The notes beneath the pieces are model-generated. The model made no database searches and was not told where the DNA came from. It saw nothing but the letters and a program-made list of their open reading frames with translations. The translations under genes were made by a program, and so were the position numbers. DNA of 64,000 nt from Nostoc sp. DedSLP01 (GTDB lineage: Bacteria; Cyanobacteriota; Cyanobacteriia; Cyanobacteriales; Nostocaceae). Shown piece after piece: positions 49,261-59,635 of the stretch. The stretch covers positions 288,001-352,000 of the forward strand of contig JAVRCJ020000002.1 of the NCBI GenBank assembly GCA_034530875.2, written 5' to 3'. Numbering within the stretch: the stretch's first letter is position 1; each line of letters opens with the position of its first letter.

Positions 49261-50442
49261 ATGGCTCTTTCAGCTTTCGATTTATTAGATATCACCTTTC
49301 GTTCATTGGGTAGGAATCCTTTACGTTCTGGCTTGACTACTTTAGGTGTATTTATGGGTGTGGCTGCTGTAAGTGCTACGCTCCAGGTTGGCAATATCAG
49401 CCGTACTGCGATCGCTCAACAACTGGCAAAACGAGGCGCACCTCAAGTTTCAGTATACGCAGACTGGGATTCTGGCGGTCGTACTACCCAGCTGAAGGTG
49501 GAAGACATGGAATACTTGCGACAGCGGTTGACTAACTTACGAGCAATCAGTGCTTTTAATTGGGGCGGACCGACATTAACTGTATTTCAGGACAAACAGG
49601 CTAGTCCACCGATGTCCCCTGTTTCCCAAGATTTTTTGTTGACTTCCGGAAAAACGTTAGTTTCGGGACGGTTCTTTACGGCTAAGGATTTTGCTATTTA
49701 CCGACCGGTAGCAGTAATCGACCAATTGCTAGCAGAACAACTCTTCCAAAAGCAAGATCCTTTAGGTCAGATGATTTATGCTGGGCAAAGACCTTATATC
49801 GTCGTCGGGGTGATAGCCACTAATCTCGATGAAAATGCACCTCCTGCGGGTCAACTATATGTGCCGATGACTGTTTACAATGCTCTCACTGGTAGCCGCG
49901 ACATTGGTAGCATCCAAATGCGTCCTGACAAACTTGAAAATGTCGAACAATTGAGCGACCAAGCTAAGGAACTGCTACAACAAAGATTCCCCGGTCTCAA
50001 ATTTAAGTATTGGAGTAATGTATCAGACATCGTTCAGCAGCAGAAAACCCTGGAGATGGCTTCTCAAGGTCTAACCGCAGTAGGAGCGATCGCTTTATTA
50101 GTTGGAGGCGTCGGAATTGCCAATATCATGATAGCCTCAGTCACAGAACGAACTGCTGAAATAGGTTTGAGGCGGGCAGTAGGAGCAACCCAACGGGAAA
50201 TTATGCTGCAATTTATTCTAGAGGCAGTGCTTTTAAGTTTAATAGGCGGGGGTGTCGGTCTGGGGGTAGTGCATGGCGTGACGGTTATAGTCGCTGATAC
50301 CTTTAAATTGCCTTACGAGTTTAACGAGCAGATTGCAGTGTTGGCATTAGGTTCAGCGCTACTAGTGGGTGTGGGAGCTAGTTTGCCTCCTGCCGTCCGC
50401 GCCAGCCAAATCGATCCAGTCAAAGCCCTACGCTCAGAGTAA
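49261..50442 (+). CDS. MacB/FtsX-type ABC permease
   Basis: RS.LT.LGV..GV, GRFF, LVGGVGIANIM..SVTERT.EIGLR.AVGA, P..RA...DPV.ALR. Confidence 0.92.
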   Translation: MALSAFDLLDITFRSLGRNPLRSGLTTLGVFMGVAAVSATLQVGNISRTAIAQQLAKRGAPQVSVYADWDSGGRTTQLKVEDMEYLRQRLTNLRAISAFNWGGPTLTVFQDKQASPPMSPVSQDFLLTSGKTLVSGRFFTAKDFAIYRPVAVIDQLLAEQLFQKQDPLGQMIYAGQRPYIVVGVIATNLDENAPPAGQLYVPMTVYNALTGSRDIGSIQMRPDKLENVEQLSDQAKELLQQRFPGLKFKYWSNVSDIVQQQKTLEMASQGLTAVGAIALLVGGVGIANIMIASVTERTAEIGLRRAVGATQREIMLQFILEAVLLSLIGGGVGLGVVHGVTVIVADTFKLPYEFNEQIAVLALGSALLVGVGASLPPAVRASQIDPVKALRSE

Positions 50443-50450
50443 TTCGTATT

Positions 50451-50540
50451 TAGTCATTAGTCATTGGTCATTGGTCATTGGGCATTGGGCATTGGGCATT
50501 GGGCATTGGGCATTGGTCATTAGTCATTAGTCATTAGTTA
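50451..50540. repeat. STRR heptamer array (CATTRGK)n
   Basis: cattagt/cattggt/cattggg repeated between convergent genes. Confidence 0.85.
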
Positions 50541-50626
50541 TTAATTATTCTCCCCTGCTTCCCCTGCTTCCCCTGCCTCCTGCCTCCTGCTATAAATTCC
50601 TAAGTATATCGATCTACGAGCTGCAT

Positions 50627-52012
50627 TTAAGTTAAATGCATAAAAATTATTTTCAGTAATTCCGCACGAGTAAACGGTTTCGTCAGATATCCAGAAGCAC
50701 CTACCAATCTCGCTTTTACTTTGTCTACAATTCCTTTGCTACCAGTGACAAAGATAATCGGAGTCTCTTTAAACATGGAATTATTGCGTATAATCCTACA
50801 CAATTCATAACCATCAATTCCTACCATGTTCAGATCCAGCAATATTAAGTCTGGTTTGTGCCTGATAATCGACAAAACAGCTTTTAATGGATCGTTAATA
50901 GTAACTACAGAAAAATTTTCATTTTCTAAGAAATGGCTAATTTCTTTAAGAATTGTCGGACTATCATCTACAGAAACTATTTTGTGGACTTTTTGGGCGG
51001 TTACAGTAGCGGCGGTTACTCTTTGAGGAGCCGAATTTATGTTATCTGATATTGTTGGTTCCTGAAGGTTTGCTTGTGGAGGAGTGGAAACTTGTGGTAA
51101 TTGCTCAACAGTATTTATATTGTCTTCACGACCATCTGCGTATGTATTGACAGTATTGCTTACTTGCGCTCTGGTATTTACTGATTTGGCAATCAGTTTT
51201 GGTAACAGCGCTCGCTCTTCAAATATCTTTGGTAATTTATCAAATGGGGGATCTGGTTCGTGCAAGATAATTCCCCCTTGAACGATGTAAGGGTATAATT
51301 GCCGAGCCAATTGAATTTCATCTTGATTCAAAATTGCCGCTAAATGACAAAGACTAAAACCTTTCATCCAACTAGTTAAATTCGGTTGCAGGCTTGGTAA
51401 ATCTTTCTCCTCAAATTGCTTGTTAGCTAACAAATATGGACGTTGATATGGTGAAGAAATATACGGCACAAAAGATTGCCAATTTTCTAATTTTTTTTGG
51501 CAGCGCTCTACAATTTTTTCTACATCAAACTTGCAGATTTTTGGCATTTTAGTAACTGGTTCTATTAATTCATAACTACCTTCTTTGATAAGTAGAAATG
51601 ATTCAATTACCTCTTTAACTAATTCTTGAATTACTGCTGCTGCTTGGGTGGAATTTAAATGTTGTTGACTTACCAACCAGTAGATGGCTTGATATTCAGG
51701 GGGCTGGCTTCTCGATTGACTTTCATCTTCGAGTAACTGGCTGTGTGAGTCAGGTTCAAACATTAAGCGAACTTGAACGCGAACCTCGTTGGTAAGTAGG
51801 GGAATTTGGTGGCTCAGACGGCGCAAATGGCGTTCTAGTCTATCGAACGGCTCCACAGAATGAGTTGCGTAAGTTATTTTGCCTTGTTCTAAGTGAATCG
51901 ACCAAAAAACTGAGTTACTCGCTGCTTGTAAGCAAGTAGTATCGGAGCAATTAGATAACTGTCTTAACAAACTTAAAGGACGTAGTTTGGTGAATGCGCC
52001 TGAATTATTCAT
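50627..52012 (-). CDS. PatA-family response regulator (PATAN + REC)
   Basis: N-terminal PATAN (W.I.LEQGKITYATHS), C-terminal REC (VDDSPT, LILLD, GYELC, YLTKPF). Confidence 0.88.
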   Translation of the reverse strand: MNNSGAFTKLRPLSLLRQLSNCSDTTCLQAASNSVFWSIHLEQGKITYATHSVEPFDRLERHLRRLSHQIPLLTNEVRVQVRLMFEPDSHSQLLEDESQSRSQPPEYQAIYWLVSQQHLNSTQAAAVIQELVKEVIESFLLIKEGSYELIEPVTKMPKICKFDVEKIVERCQKKLENWQSFVPYISSPYQRPYLLANKQFEEKDLPSLQPNLTSWMKGFSLCHLAAILNQDEIQLARQLYPYIVQGGIILHEPDPPFDKLPKIFEERALLPKLIAKSVNTRAQVSNTVNTYADGREDNINTVEQLPQVSTPPQANLQEPTISDNINSAPQRVTAATVTAQKVHKIVSVDDSPTILKEISHFLENENFSVVTINDPLKAVLSIIRHKPDLILLDLNMVGIDGYELCRIIRNNSMFKETPIIFVTGSKGIVDKVKARLVGASGYLTKPFTRAELLKIIFMHLT

Positions 52013-52843
52013 ATTTTTCTACTTTTTTGCGGAATCAGCACCCCAACATTTGTAAATTACAAATATGAGCTATGAAATCTTTTCTTTTTTGTAATATTTC
52101 TTTATGTACAAATTATTTATTTGAAATATGTATATATATTAAAATTTATAAAATTTTTAATATATAGTTTACTTTTATACGTTTTAATTACAGTCTCAAC
52201 AATAAAATATTTTTCTTTAACTATGTATACTCAAATGCCAATGCCGAACAAACTTGTCTTTCATTCTACTCCTGGCTTTTTTAACTTAGATAAGCACAAA
52301 TAAACAAAACTAGAAACTTAATCGTCAATTGAACATCAATATATGTTAGCCACTTTTGCCTGAACTTACCACCGATAAATCTTGACTCCATACCCGAGTA
52401 ATCTACATTTTCGTTATGTTAATTCACTTTCAAGGTAAATATGATTCCAGGTTCCCGCAATTATACAGATATGCTTGTAAAGTCACCGGACTTAATTATG
52501 CTTAATTACTTTTCTATAAAGGAACGATTAACCTACATAAAATCTTTAAAAAGCTATGTAGGAAATTCTACGTATTTATTGTACTCTAGGTTTAATAGAT
52601 ATAAATTTTTGGTAGATACACTACAACAGCTAATGTTGAGTTTTGAGAAACTCTTTTTTGCAAAACTAGACGCCACTCAAGCTCTCGTTAATTATGCACA
52701 GAAGTTGGTGAAAATATTTTGTTTCATAAAACCTAGAGCATCTACCACTAGATACTATATCTGTAGTCGCGTTAGTGGCTAACAACTAGATACTTTGAAC
52801 ACAGGGAATTAAAACTTTGGATTTTAACATAACACAAAAAGTT

Positions 52844-53518
52844 ATGCATGACACATTAAGACTTGATGAAGTTGTAGAGTTTGCAGAGAACCCAGAACCC
52901 CGTTGTCCGTGCGTTCTCTTACTAGATACATCTGGTTCGATGCAAGGAGAACCAATTGAAGCTTTAAATCAGGGTTTACTAAGTTTAAAGGATGAATTAG
53001 TCAAAAATTCCTTGGCAGCCAGACGAGTGGAAGTAGCGATCGTAACTTTTGACAGCAATATTAATGTAGTACAAGACTTTGTAACTGCCGATCAATTCAA
53101 TCCGCCAATTTTGACGGCTCAAGGATTGACAACGATGGGTGCGGGAATTCATAAAGCTTTAGACATTATTCAAGAACGCAAATCTCAGTATCGTGCCAAT
53201 GGGATTGCTTACTATCGCCCTTGGGTATTTATGATTACCGATGGCGAACCGCAAGGCGAGTTAGATCGGGAAGTAGAACAAGCATCCCAGCGATTACAAG
53301 CAGATGAAGCAAATAAAAGAGTAGCATTTTTTACCGTTGGTGTAGAAAATGCCAATATGACACGTTTAAATCAAATAGCTGTGCGTACCCCGCTGAAACT
53401 CAAAGGGCTAAACTTTATCGAAATGTTTGTTTGGCTCTCAGCTAGTATGTCAGCTGTTTCGCATTCCCAGGTGGACGAACAGGTAGCACTACCGCCAATT
53501 GGTTGGGGGACTGTTTAA
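52844..53518 (+). CDS. TerY-like vWA domain protein (alternative start 52817)
   Basis: PCVLLLDTSGSM (MIDAS), YYRPWVFMITDGEP, F.WLSASM. Confidence 0.9.
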   Translation: MHDTLRLDEVVEFAENPEPRCPCVLLLDTSGSMQGEPIEALNQGLLSLKDELVKNSLAARRVEVAIVTFDSNINVVQDFVTADQFNPPILTAQGLTTMGAGIHKALDIIQERKSQYRANGIAYYRPWVFMITDGEPQGELDREVEQASQRLQADEANKRVAFFTVGVENANMTRLNQIAVRTPLKLKGLNFIEMFVWLSASMSAVSHSQVDEQVALPPIGWGTV

Positions 53519-53556
53519 TTTTCAATTCGGGCGGCTAGCTGTTGGAATAAAATCTT

Positions 53557-54339
53557 ATGAACGTATCAAAACAGATTGCTCAATGGCGGATTGTGGCTGC
53601 CTCAGTGTGTGGTACGAGTCACTTAAAAAACAAACAGTTATGCCAGGATGCTCATCACTGGCAGATATTGTCAGATAACATTTTAGTGGCTGCGGCAGCC
53701 GACGGTGCGGGTTCTGCAAGTCTAGGCAAAGTGGGAGCGATGATTGCTGTGGAGAGTGCGATTGAAAGCCTGTCTAGTAAAGCAATTAAGCAAAGCAGTT
53801 TGAGCAGTGATGCTTATATGCGATCGCTTTTAAATGATGCCATAGTAGCTGCCAAAAAAGCTTTGGAGGAAGAGGCTATTAGTTGTGACAAACAACTACA
53901 AGACTTAGCAACTACCTTAATTATCGCGATCGCCACGCCAGAAGTTGTAGCTGTGGCCCAAATAGGTGATGGTTTGGCAGTTGCCAAAGATAGTATCGGT
54001 AACCTCCTCGCATTAACTATGCCTGACAGCGGCGAATACATCAACGAAACCACATTTTTAACCTCACCAACTGCCTTAGATACAGCACAAATGAGGTTAT
54101 GGCGTACAGACATAGTGAATATTGGTATAATTACTGACGGGTTACAAATGCTGGCTTTAAATATGGTTGTCGGGGAACCTCACAAACCGTTCTTTTTTCC
54201 GCTGTTTGAATTTGTAGCCAATGCCGAAGACAAAACAGCAGCAAAGGAGCAGTTAGTAAAATTTTTACGCTCAGAGCGCATCACCCAACGCACTGATGAT
54301 GATTTGACACTGATAATAGCTGCATTTAACAACTCATAA
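53557..54339 (+). CDS. PP2C-like phosphatase (TerY-associated type)
   Basis: GTSH.....CQD, ADGAGSA, QIGDG, EY.NETTF, TDG, TDDDLT. Confidence 0.88.
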   Translation: MNVSKQIAQWRIVAASVCGTSHLKNKQLCQDAHHWQILSDNILVAAAADGAGSASLGKVGAMIAVESAIESLSSKAIKQSSLSSDAYMRSLLNDAIVAAKKALEEEAISCDKQLQDLATTLIIAIATPEVVAVAQIGDGLAVAKDSIGNLLALTMPDSGEYINETTFLTSPTALDTAQMRLWRTDIVNIGIITDGLQMLALNMVVGEPHKPFFFPLFEFVANAEDKTAAKEQLVKFLRSERITQRTDDDLTLIIAAFNNS

Positions 54340-54387
54340 GTATTAACTTTAAAGTTTGAGATTTTAGATACTCTCGTTAGCGGTAAT

Positions 54388-56562
54388 TTGACTATGCAGG
54401 TACTACGTTGTTCTCCTAAAAAAGAAATCCTCAATTTGAGTATAAGTTTGGGGCGTGGGGGCGAAGCTTGTGTTTATGCAGTGCCATCCGATAGCAACTT
54501 GGTGGCCAAGATATACCACAAACCAAGCACTGCTCGCGCCGACAAACTACAAACGATGCTGGCCAACCCGCCAGAAAACCCCACAGCTAGCTTGGGGCAT
54601 ATTTCCATCGCTTGGCCGGAGGATTTATTGCACGCGGCAGATGGTAGCAACGGTATCGTCGGGTTTTTAATGCCGCGCATTCAAGGAATGCGTCCAATCA
54701 TTGACTTTTATAACCCCAGAACCCGCCGCCAACACTGTCCGTTATTCAACTATCAGTACCTGCTTCGCACAGCTCGTAACTTAGCAGCAGCTTTTGCAGC
54801 TTTGCACGCCAGTGGATATTGCATCGGTGATGTAAATGAGTCAAACATCCTCGTCAGTGACACCGCACTAGTAACCTTAATAGACACAGACTCTTTCCAA
54901 GTAAGCAACCCAAACACTAATACTGTTTATCGTTGTCCGGTGGGTAAACCAGAGTTTACTCCACCGGAACTGCAAAATAAAACTTTTGCAGAACACGATC
55001 GCGAAATTTCTCATGACTTATTTGGGTTAGCAGTACTGGTATTTCAACTCTTGATGGAAGGTACGCATCCATTTTCGGGGATTTTTCAAGGTGCCATTGA
55101 GCCACCGACTTACGAATCACGCATAGCATCGGGTCATTTCACCTACAGCCAAAAGCGACGCGTACCTTACCGCCCGACACCCATCGCCCCGCCTTGGGAA
55201 ATTCTTCATCCCAGCTTACAAGAACTATTTGTGCGTTGTTTTGAAGACGGTCACAACAACCCACAACTGCGTCCCAGCGCCCAAACTTGGCTCTCAGCAA
55301 TAGCCGAAGCCGAAGATTCCCTAATTACTTGCACCACCAATCCCCAGCATCGTTACAACAATCATCTAGATATATGTCCCTGGTGCGAACGTAGCGTGCG
55401 CTTGGGCGGACGCGACCCGTTCCCATCGCATCGGGCGATAGAAGCCAGAGAACATCTACAACCGCGAATCAAAGCGAAAAAGCGCTACACCCAAACACCA
55501 CGCGCGCCACAGCGAGGCTTACCAACCCACGTAGGTAATTATTGGCAACCAGTAATTACCCCTACCGCTTCACCTTATAGACGTTCCAAGAAGTCAAAAT
55601 TGTACCCAGTTGTTTTTTGCTTGTTGGGTTTTGGTTTATTGGGATATGCGGACTTAATGATTAAATTCACCGAGCCGTTAGTTTCCCACAATGCTTACAC
55701 TCAACAAACATTAAAATCTGGTCAGACATATAACAAACTCAGCTTCGCAGATTATTATCAGCAAGCTCATACTGCTTACAAACAGCGAGACTATGAAAAA
55801 GCAGTTGCAAGTTATAGCCAAGCAATTGCTCAAGAACCCAAACATGCCAAAGCGATTATGAATCGTGGCAATGCTCGTTATAACTTGAAAGATTATGAAG
55901 GAGCAGTTGCAGATTACACCCAAGCTTTGAAAATCAAGCCCAATCAAACCAAAGCACTTGTGAATCGGGGGAATGCCCGGTTAATGCTCGCCGAATATAG
56001 TAACGACCCGGATACAGAATACAATCAAGCCCTTAGCGACTATAATCGCGCTATTGACATCGATCGAAATGACGTTGAAGCTTATATTAGGCGAGGCATT
56101 GTCCGATCGCAAATGGCTAAATACAGCGGTGAATCTCAACAAGTTTATAAAAAAGCGATCGCAGATTTTACTCAAGCAATCAAGTTGAATTTATCCAAAG
56201 CAGAAGCTTACTTCCAGCGCGGCGTTGTCTATTATCAAATTGCCCAATATAGTAGCAATTACGAGCAAGAATATAATCAAGCGATCGCTGACTTTAACCA
56301 AGCATTAGCCATTAGCCCCAAACTAGCAAAAGCCTTTCTCAAACGCGGCATGGTTCGTTACGAACTAGCGCAATATGGTGGTAGTGGATCTAACCAAAAC
56401 CAAACCAAAGCGATCGCAGATTTACAGACAGCTGCTAAAATCTTTCTCGAACAAGATGATATGGATAATTATCAGCAAGCACTCAGTAACATGTGTGTCG
56501 TTGTTGAAAACAAATGCGATCCTTTATTCCAAACCCCAAGTGGCGCGGAAAAAATCAACTAA
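54388..56562 (+). CDS. Protein kinase-like domain, TM helix and C-terminal TPR repeats
   Basis: LGRGGEA, AKIY, IGDVNESN, LIDTDS, TPPE, CPWC, TM segment, several TPR units. Confidence 0.88.
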   Translation: MTMQVLRCSPKKEILNLSISLGRGGEACVYAVPSDSNLVAKIYHKPSTARADKLQTMLANPPENPTASLGHISIAWPEDLLHAADGSNGIVGFLMPRIQGMRPIIDFYNPRTRRQHCPLFNYQYLLRTARNLAAAFAALHASGYCIGDVNESNILVSDTALVTLIDTDSFQVSNPNTNTVYRCPVGKPEFTPPELQNKTFAEHDREISHDLFGLAVLVFQLLMEGTHPFSGIFQGAIEPPTYESRIASGHFTYSQKRRVPYRPTPIAPPWEILHPSLQELFVRCFEDGHNNPQLRPSAQTWLSAIAEAEDSLITCTTNPQHRYNNHLDICPWCERSVRLGGRDPFPSHRAIEAREHLQPRIKAKKRYTQTPRAPQRGLPTHVGNYWQPVITPTASPYRRSKKSKLYPVVFCLLGFGLLGYADLMIKFTEPLVSHNAYTQQTLKSGQTYNKLSFADYYQQAHTAYKQRDYEKAVASYSQAIAQEPKHAKAIMNRGNARYNLKDYEGAVADYTQALKIKPNQTKALVNRGNARLMLAEYSNDPDTEYNQALSDYNRAIDIDRNDVEAYIRRGIVRSQMAKYSGESQQVYKKAIADFTQAIKLNLSKAEAYFQRGVVYYQIAQYSSNYEQEYNQAIADFNQALAISPKLAKAFLKRGMVRYELAQYGGSGSNQNQTKAIADLQTAAKIFLEQDDMDNYQQALSNMCVVVENKCDPLFQTPSGAEKIN

Positions 56563-56714
56563 AAATAAGTAAGTTTTAGTCCAGAAATAAATCTTTAGTA
56601 GGGTGCGTTACGGCTTTAGCCTAACGCACTTTTTGTATCAACATACATTAACAACTCAATATTTTTCGTGGCAAATAATACAAATTTAAATAATTTTTCC
56701 AATACATCGATAAT

Positions 56715-56740
56715 AGGGGCTTTACAGCTGTAAAGCCCCT
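56715..56740. repeat. REP-like perfect palindrome
   Basis: AGGGGCTTTACAGCTGTAAAGCCCCT; related GTAGGG-type palindromes near 56598 and 32207. Confidence 0.7.
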
Positions 56741-57279
56741 ACCCATGTTCCTCATTCAAACGAGAATTTCTATATCTCTTATAAGTAAATTTAATTCCTG
56801 ACTAATAGCAAAAGTTATCTTTAGATGACAAATATCTCCAAAAATATTTAATCTACTAAAGTAGACTTTAGCTATAACAAAAGGAACTTCAGTTATAGGC
56901 AGTGACTGTATTTGTCGCATCTTTTTTAAAATTGAAACTATCTATAAATCCATGCTTAACATACTCAAATAGTATTATTTTTACTTTCTAAATAGAATAG
57001 TAATAACTTATTAAAAGATAATTAAAGAGTCATTTTATACTATTCTTGATTCATTCTGAATTCTGACTCGTGAATTCTGAATTCTTCTATTTACATATTC
57101 ATAGACCTTTTATATAGAAAAGATGTTAATTTATATCTTCTTCATAATTTCGTAAAAAAATACAGTTAGATTATTGACTGAGAAAAATAAATCAGAAAAC
57201 AATTTTTTCTCCATATAAGTGCATCCTCTTCATGTGACGAAAGACAAATAATATCCCTACAAATCTCCGAGGTAATTGC

Positions 57280-58053
57280 ATGAAAGCGGTGATTTTGGCT
57301 GGAGGGCTTGGTACGCGCCTCAGTGAAGAAACTAGTATCAGACCCAAGCCGATGGTTGAGATTGGTGGTAAGCCAATTCTATGGCACATAATGAAGACTT
57401 ATTCTGCTCACGGAATTAATGACTTCATCATTTGTTGTGGTTACAAAGGTTACATAATTAAAGAGTATTTTGCTAACTACTTTTTACACATGTCAGATGT
57501 AACCTTTGACATGAGATTTAACCAGATGAACGTGCATTCTGGATACGCTGAACCTTGGCGCGTCACCTTAGTAAATACGGGCGACCAGACAATGACAGGC
57601 GGACGCTTAAAACGCATCAGCGAACATCTAGGAAATGAAACTTTTTGCTTTACTTATGGCGATGGTGTAAGTGATATTAATATCACTGAGTTAATTCAAT
57701 TTCATCAACAACAGAACACTTTAGCAACACTGACAGCCGTACAACCAGCAGGACGTTTTGGTGCAATTTCCTTAGGATACGAGCAAACTAAAATCGCAAG
57801 CTTTCGAGAAAAACCTGAAGGCGATGGTGCTTGGATTAATGGCGGTTATTTTGTGTTAGAACCAGAAGTGATAAACTTGATTGCTGATGACTCTACCGTA
57901 TGGGAACAAGAGCCATTAGAAAAGTTAGCTTATATGGAACAGCTATCTGCTTTCAAGCACTACGGTTTTTGGCAACCAATGGATACCTTACGCGATAAAA
58001 ACCACCTCGAAGGGCTATGGAACAACGGTCAAGCTCCTTGGAAGGTGTGGTAG
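57280..58053 (+). CDS. rfbF: Glucose-1-phosphate cytidylyltransferase
   Basis: MKAVILAGGLGTRLSEET..RPKPMVEIG, TMTGGRLK, TYGDG, FWQPMDTLRDK. Confidence 0.95.
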   Translation: MKAVILAGGLGTRLSEETSIRPKPMVEIGGKPILWHIMKTYSAHGINDFIICCGYKGYIIKEYFANYFLHMSDVTFDMRFNQMNVHSGYAEPWRVTLVNTGDQTMTGGRLKRISEHLGNETFCFTYGDGVSDINITELIQFHQQQNTLATLTAVQPAGRFGAISLGYEQTKIASFREKPEGDGAWINGGYFVLEPEVINLIADDSTVWEQEPLEKLAYMEQLSAFKHYGFWQPMDTLRDKNHLEGLWNNGQAPWKVW

Positions 58054-58188
58054 AGGCAGAGGAGAGATGGGGAAGTGTGGGGAGTGTGGGGAGAGAGGGG
58101 GGAAAGATTTCTTCCCCATCCTCCTACACTTCCTGCTTGCCCCATGCCCTAGTAAATTTATAGTGTAACTACAAGTACGATAATACTA

Positions 58189-59403
58189 ATGTATGATTTT
58201 GCGATTATAGGTGGGGGAATAGTTGGACTCTCTACGGCGTTGGCTTTAGGAAAACGCTATCCCAATGCAAGTATTTTAGTCGTAGAAAAAGAGAGTCAAT
58301 GGGCTTTTCATCAAACTGGCAATAATAGCGGCGTGATTCATTCTGGTATTTACTACAAACCAGGGAGTTTCAAAGCTAAATTTTGTCGTGATGGTTCTCG
58401 CTCAATGGTAGATTTCTGTCAAGAACATGGAATTGACCATGAAGTTTGTGGTAAAGTGATTGTTGCAACTGAAGAACAAGAACTAGCACGCCTCGAAAAT
58501 CTCTACCAACGCGGCTTGGAAAATGGCATAGAAGTCCAAAGAATTAGCCCGGAAGAAGTCAAGGAAATTGAACCCCATGTAAGTTGTGTAGGTGGAATTC
58601 GAGTATTTTCAACTGGCATTCTTAATTACAAACAAGTTTGTTTGAAATATGCCCAGCTGATTCAACAACAAGGGGGACATTTACACCTAAATACTAAAGT
58701 ACTGAAAATCTTATCCAGGGGTAAAACTCAGGTACTAGAAACAAACAAAGGTAGCTTTGAAACCAAGTTTGTAATAAATTGTAGTGGATTGCATAGCGAT
58801 CGCACTGCCAGATTAAATCAAGTTGAACCCCAAGCCAAAATTGTCCCATTTCGGGGAGAATACTACGAACTCACACCAGAAAAACGCTATCTGGTCAAGA
58901 CTTTAATTTATCCAGTACCCAACCCAGATTTTCCCTTCCTGGGCGTCCACTTTACCCGGATGATTGATGGTAGCGTTCATGCAGGGCCAAACGCGGTTTT
59001 ATCCCTCAAACGCGAAGGTTACAAAAAAACCGACTTTGATTTAGGCGATTTTCTGGAGGTTATGACTTATCCCGGTTTCTGGAAATTGGCAGCCAAACAT
59101 GCTGATGAAGGTATTCAAGAAATTATTCGTTCCTTCAGTAAAGCAGCCTTCGTTAAAAGTTTGCAAAAACTAATTCCTGAAGTCCAAGCAGAAGATTTAG
59201 TTCCCACCCATGCAGGAGTCCGCGCTCAAGCCTTAATGAACGATGGCAAGCTTGTAGACGACTTTTTGATTGTTTCCGGTGAAAACTCTATCCATGTTTG
59301 CAATGCTCCTTCTCCGGCTGCTACTTCTTCTTTAGAAATTGGCAAAGCCATTGTCGCCCAAATTCCTCAACTTTCGCATTTAGATAATGTAGTAACTGCG
59401 TAG
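58189..59403 (+). CDS. lhgO: L-2-hydroxyglutarate oxidase-like FAD oxidoreductase
   Basis: IIGGGIVG, HQTGNNSGVIHSG.YY, PFRGEY, FPFLGVH, NAPSPAAT. Confidence 0.9.
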   Translation: MYDFAIIGGGIVGLSTALALGKRYPNASILVVEKESQWAFHQTGNNSGVIHSGIYYKPGSFKAKFCRDGSRSMVDFCQEHGIDHEVCGKVIVATEEQELARLENLYQRGLENGIEVQRISPEEVKEIEPHVSCVGGIRVFSTGILNYKQVCLKYAQLIQQQGGHLHLNTKVLKILSRGKTQVLETNKGSFETKFVINCSGLHSDRTARLNQVEPQAKIVPFRGEYYELTPEKRYLVKTLIYPVPNPDFPFLGVHFTRMIDGSVHAGPNAVLSLKREGYKKTDFDLGDFLEVMTYPGFWKLAAKHADEGIQEIIRSFSKAAFVKSLQKLIPEVQAEDLVPTHAGVRAQALMNDGKLVDDFLIVSGENSIHVCNAPSPAATSSLEIGKAIVAQIPQLSHLDNVVTA

Positions 59404-59450
59404 ATAGTATAGTTGTCACTTCCGGCGCTGCTGAATTTGGATGTGAAACC

Positions 59451-59557
59451 TCACGCAGAGGCGCAGAGTCGCAGAGGTATTTTAATAACTACTCAAGATT
59501 GCTGAGTCATAAGATAACAGTAGTCAAGTCTCTCTGCGCCTTTGCGTCTCTGCGTGA
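59451..59557. repeat. Inverted repeat element
   Basis: TCACGCAGAGGCGCAGAGTCGCAGAG ... CTCTGCGCCTTTGCGTCTCTGCGTGA. Confidence 0.75.
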
Positions 59558-59635
59558 AAAAATAAACCATCTACATAAACATTTCTCCTCACCTAGTTGC
59601 GTAACGCACTCTTCAATACAAAGGCATTAACCACA

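Noticed and set aside
52558..52571. NtcA-like site GTA-N8-TAC upstream of the vWA gene
   Set aside because: No TAN3T box at the expected ~22-nt spacing, and such matches occur by chance in AT-rich DNA
52121..52782. ORFs 52121-52303 and 52441-52782
   Set aside because: AT-rich divergent promoter region, with no recognisable motifs or RBS
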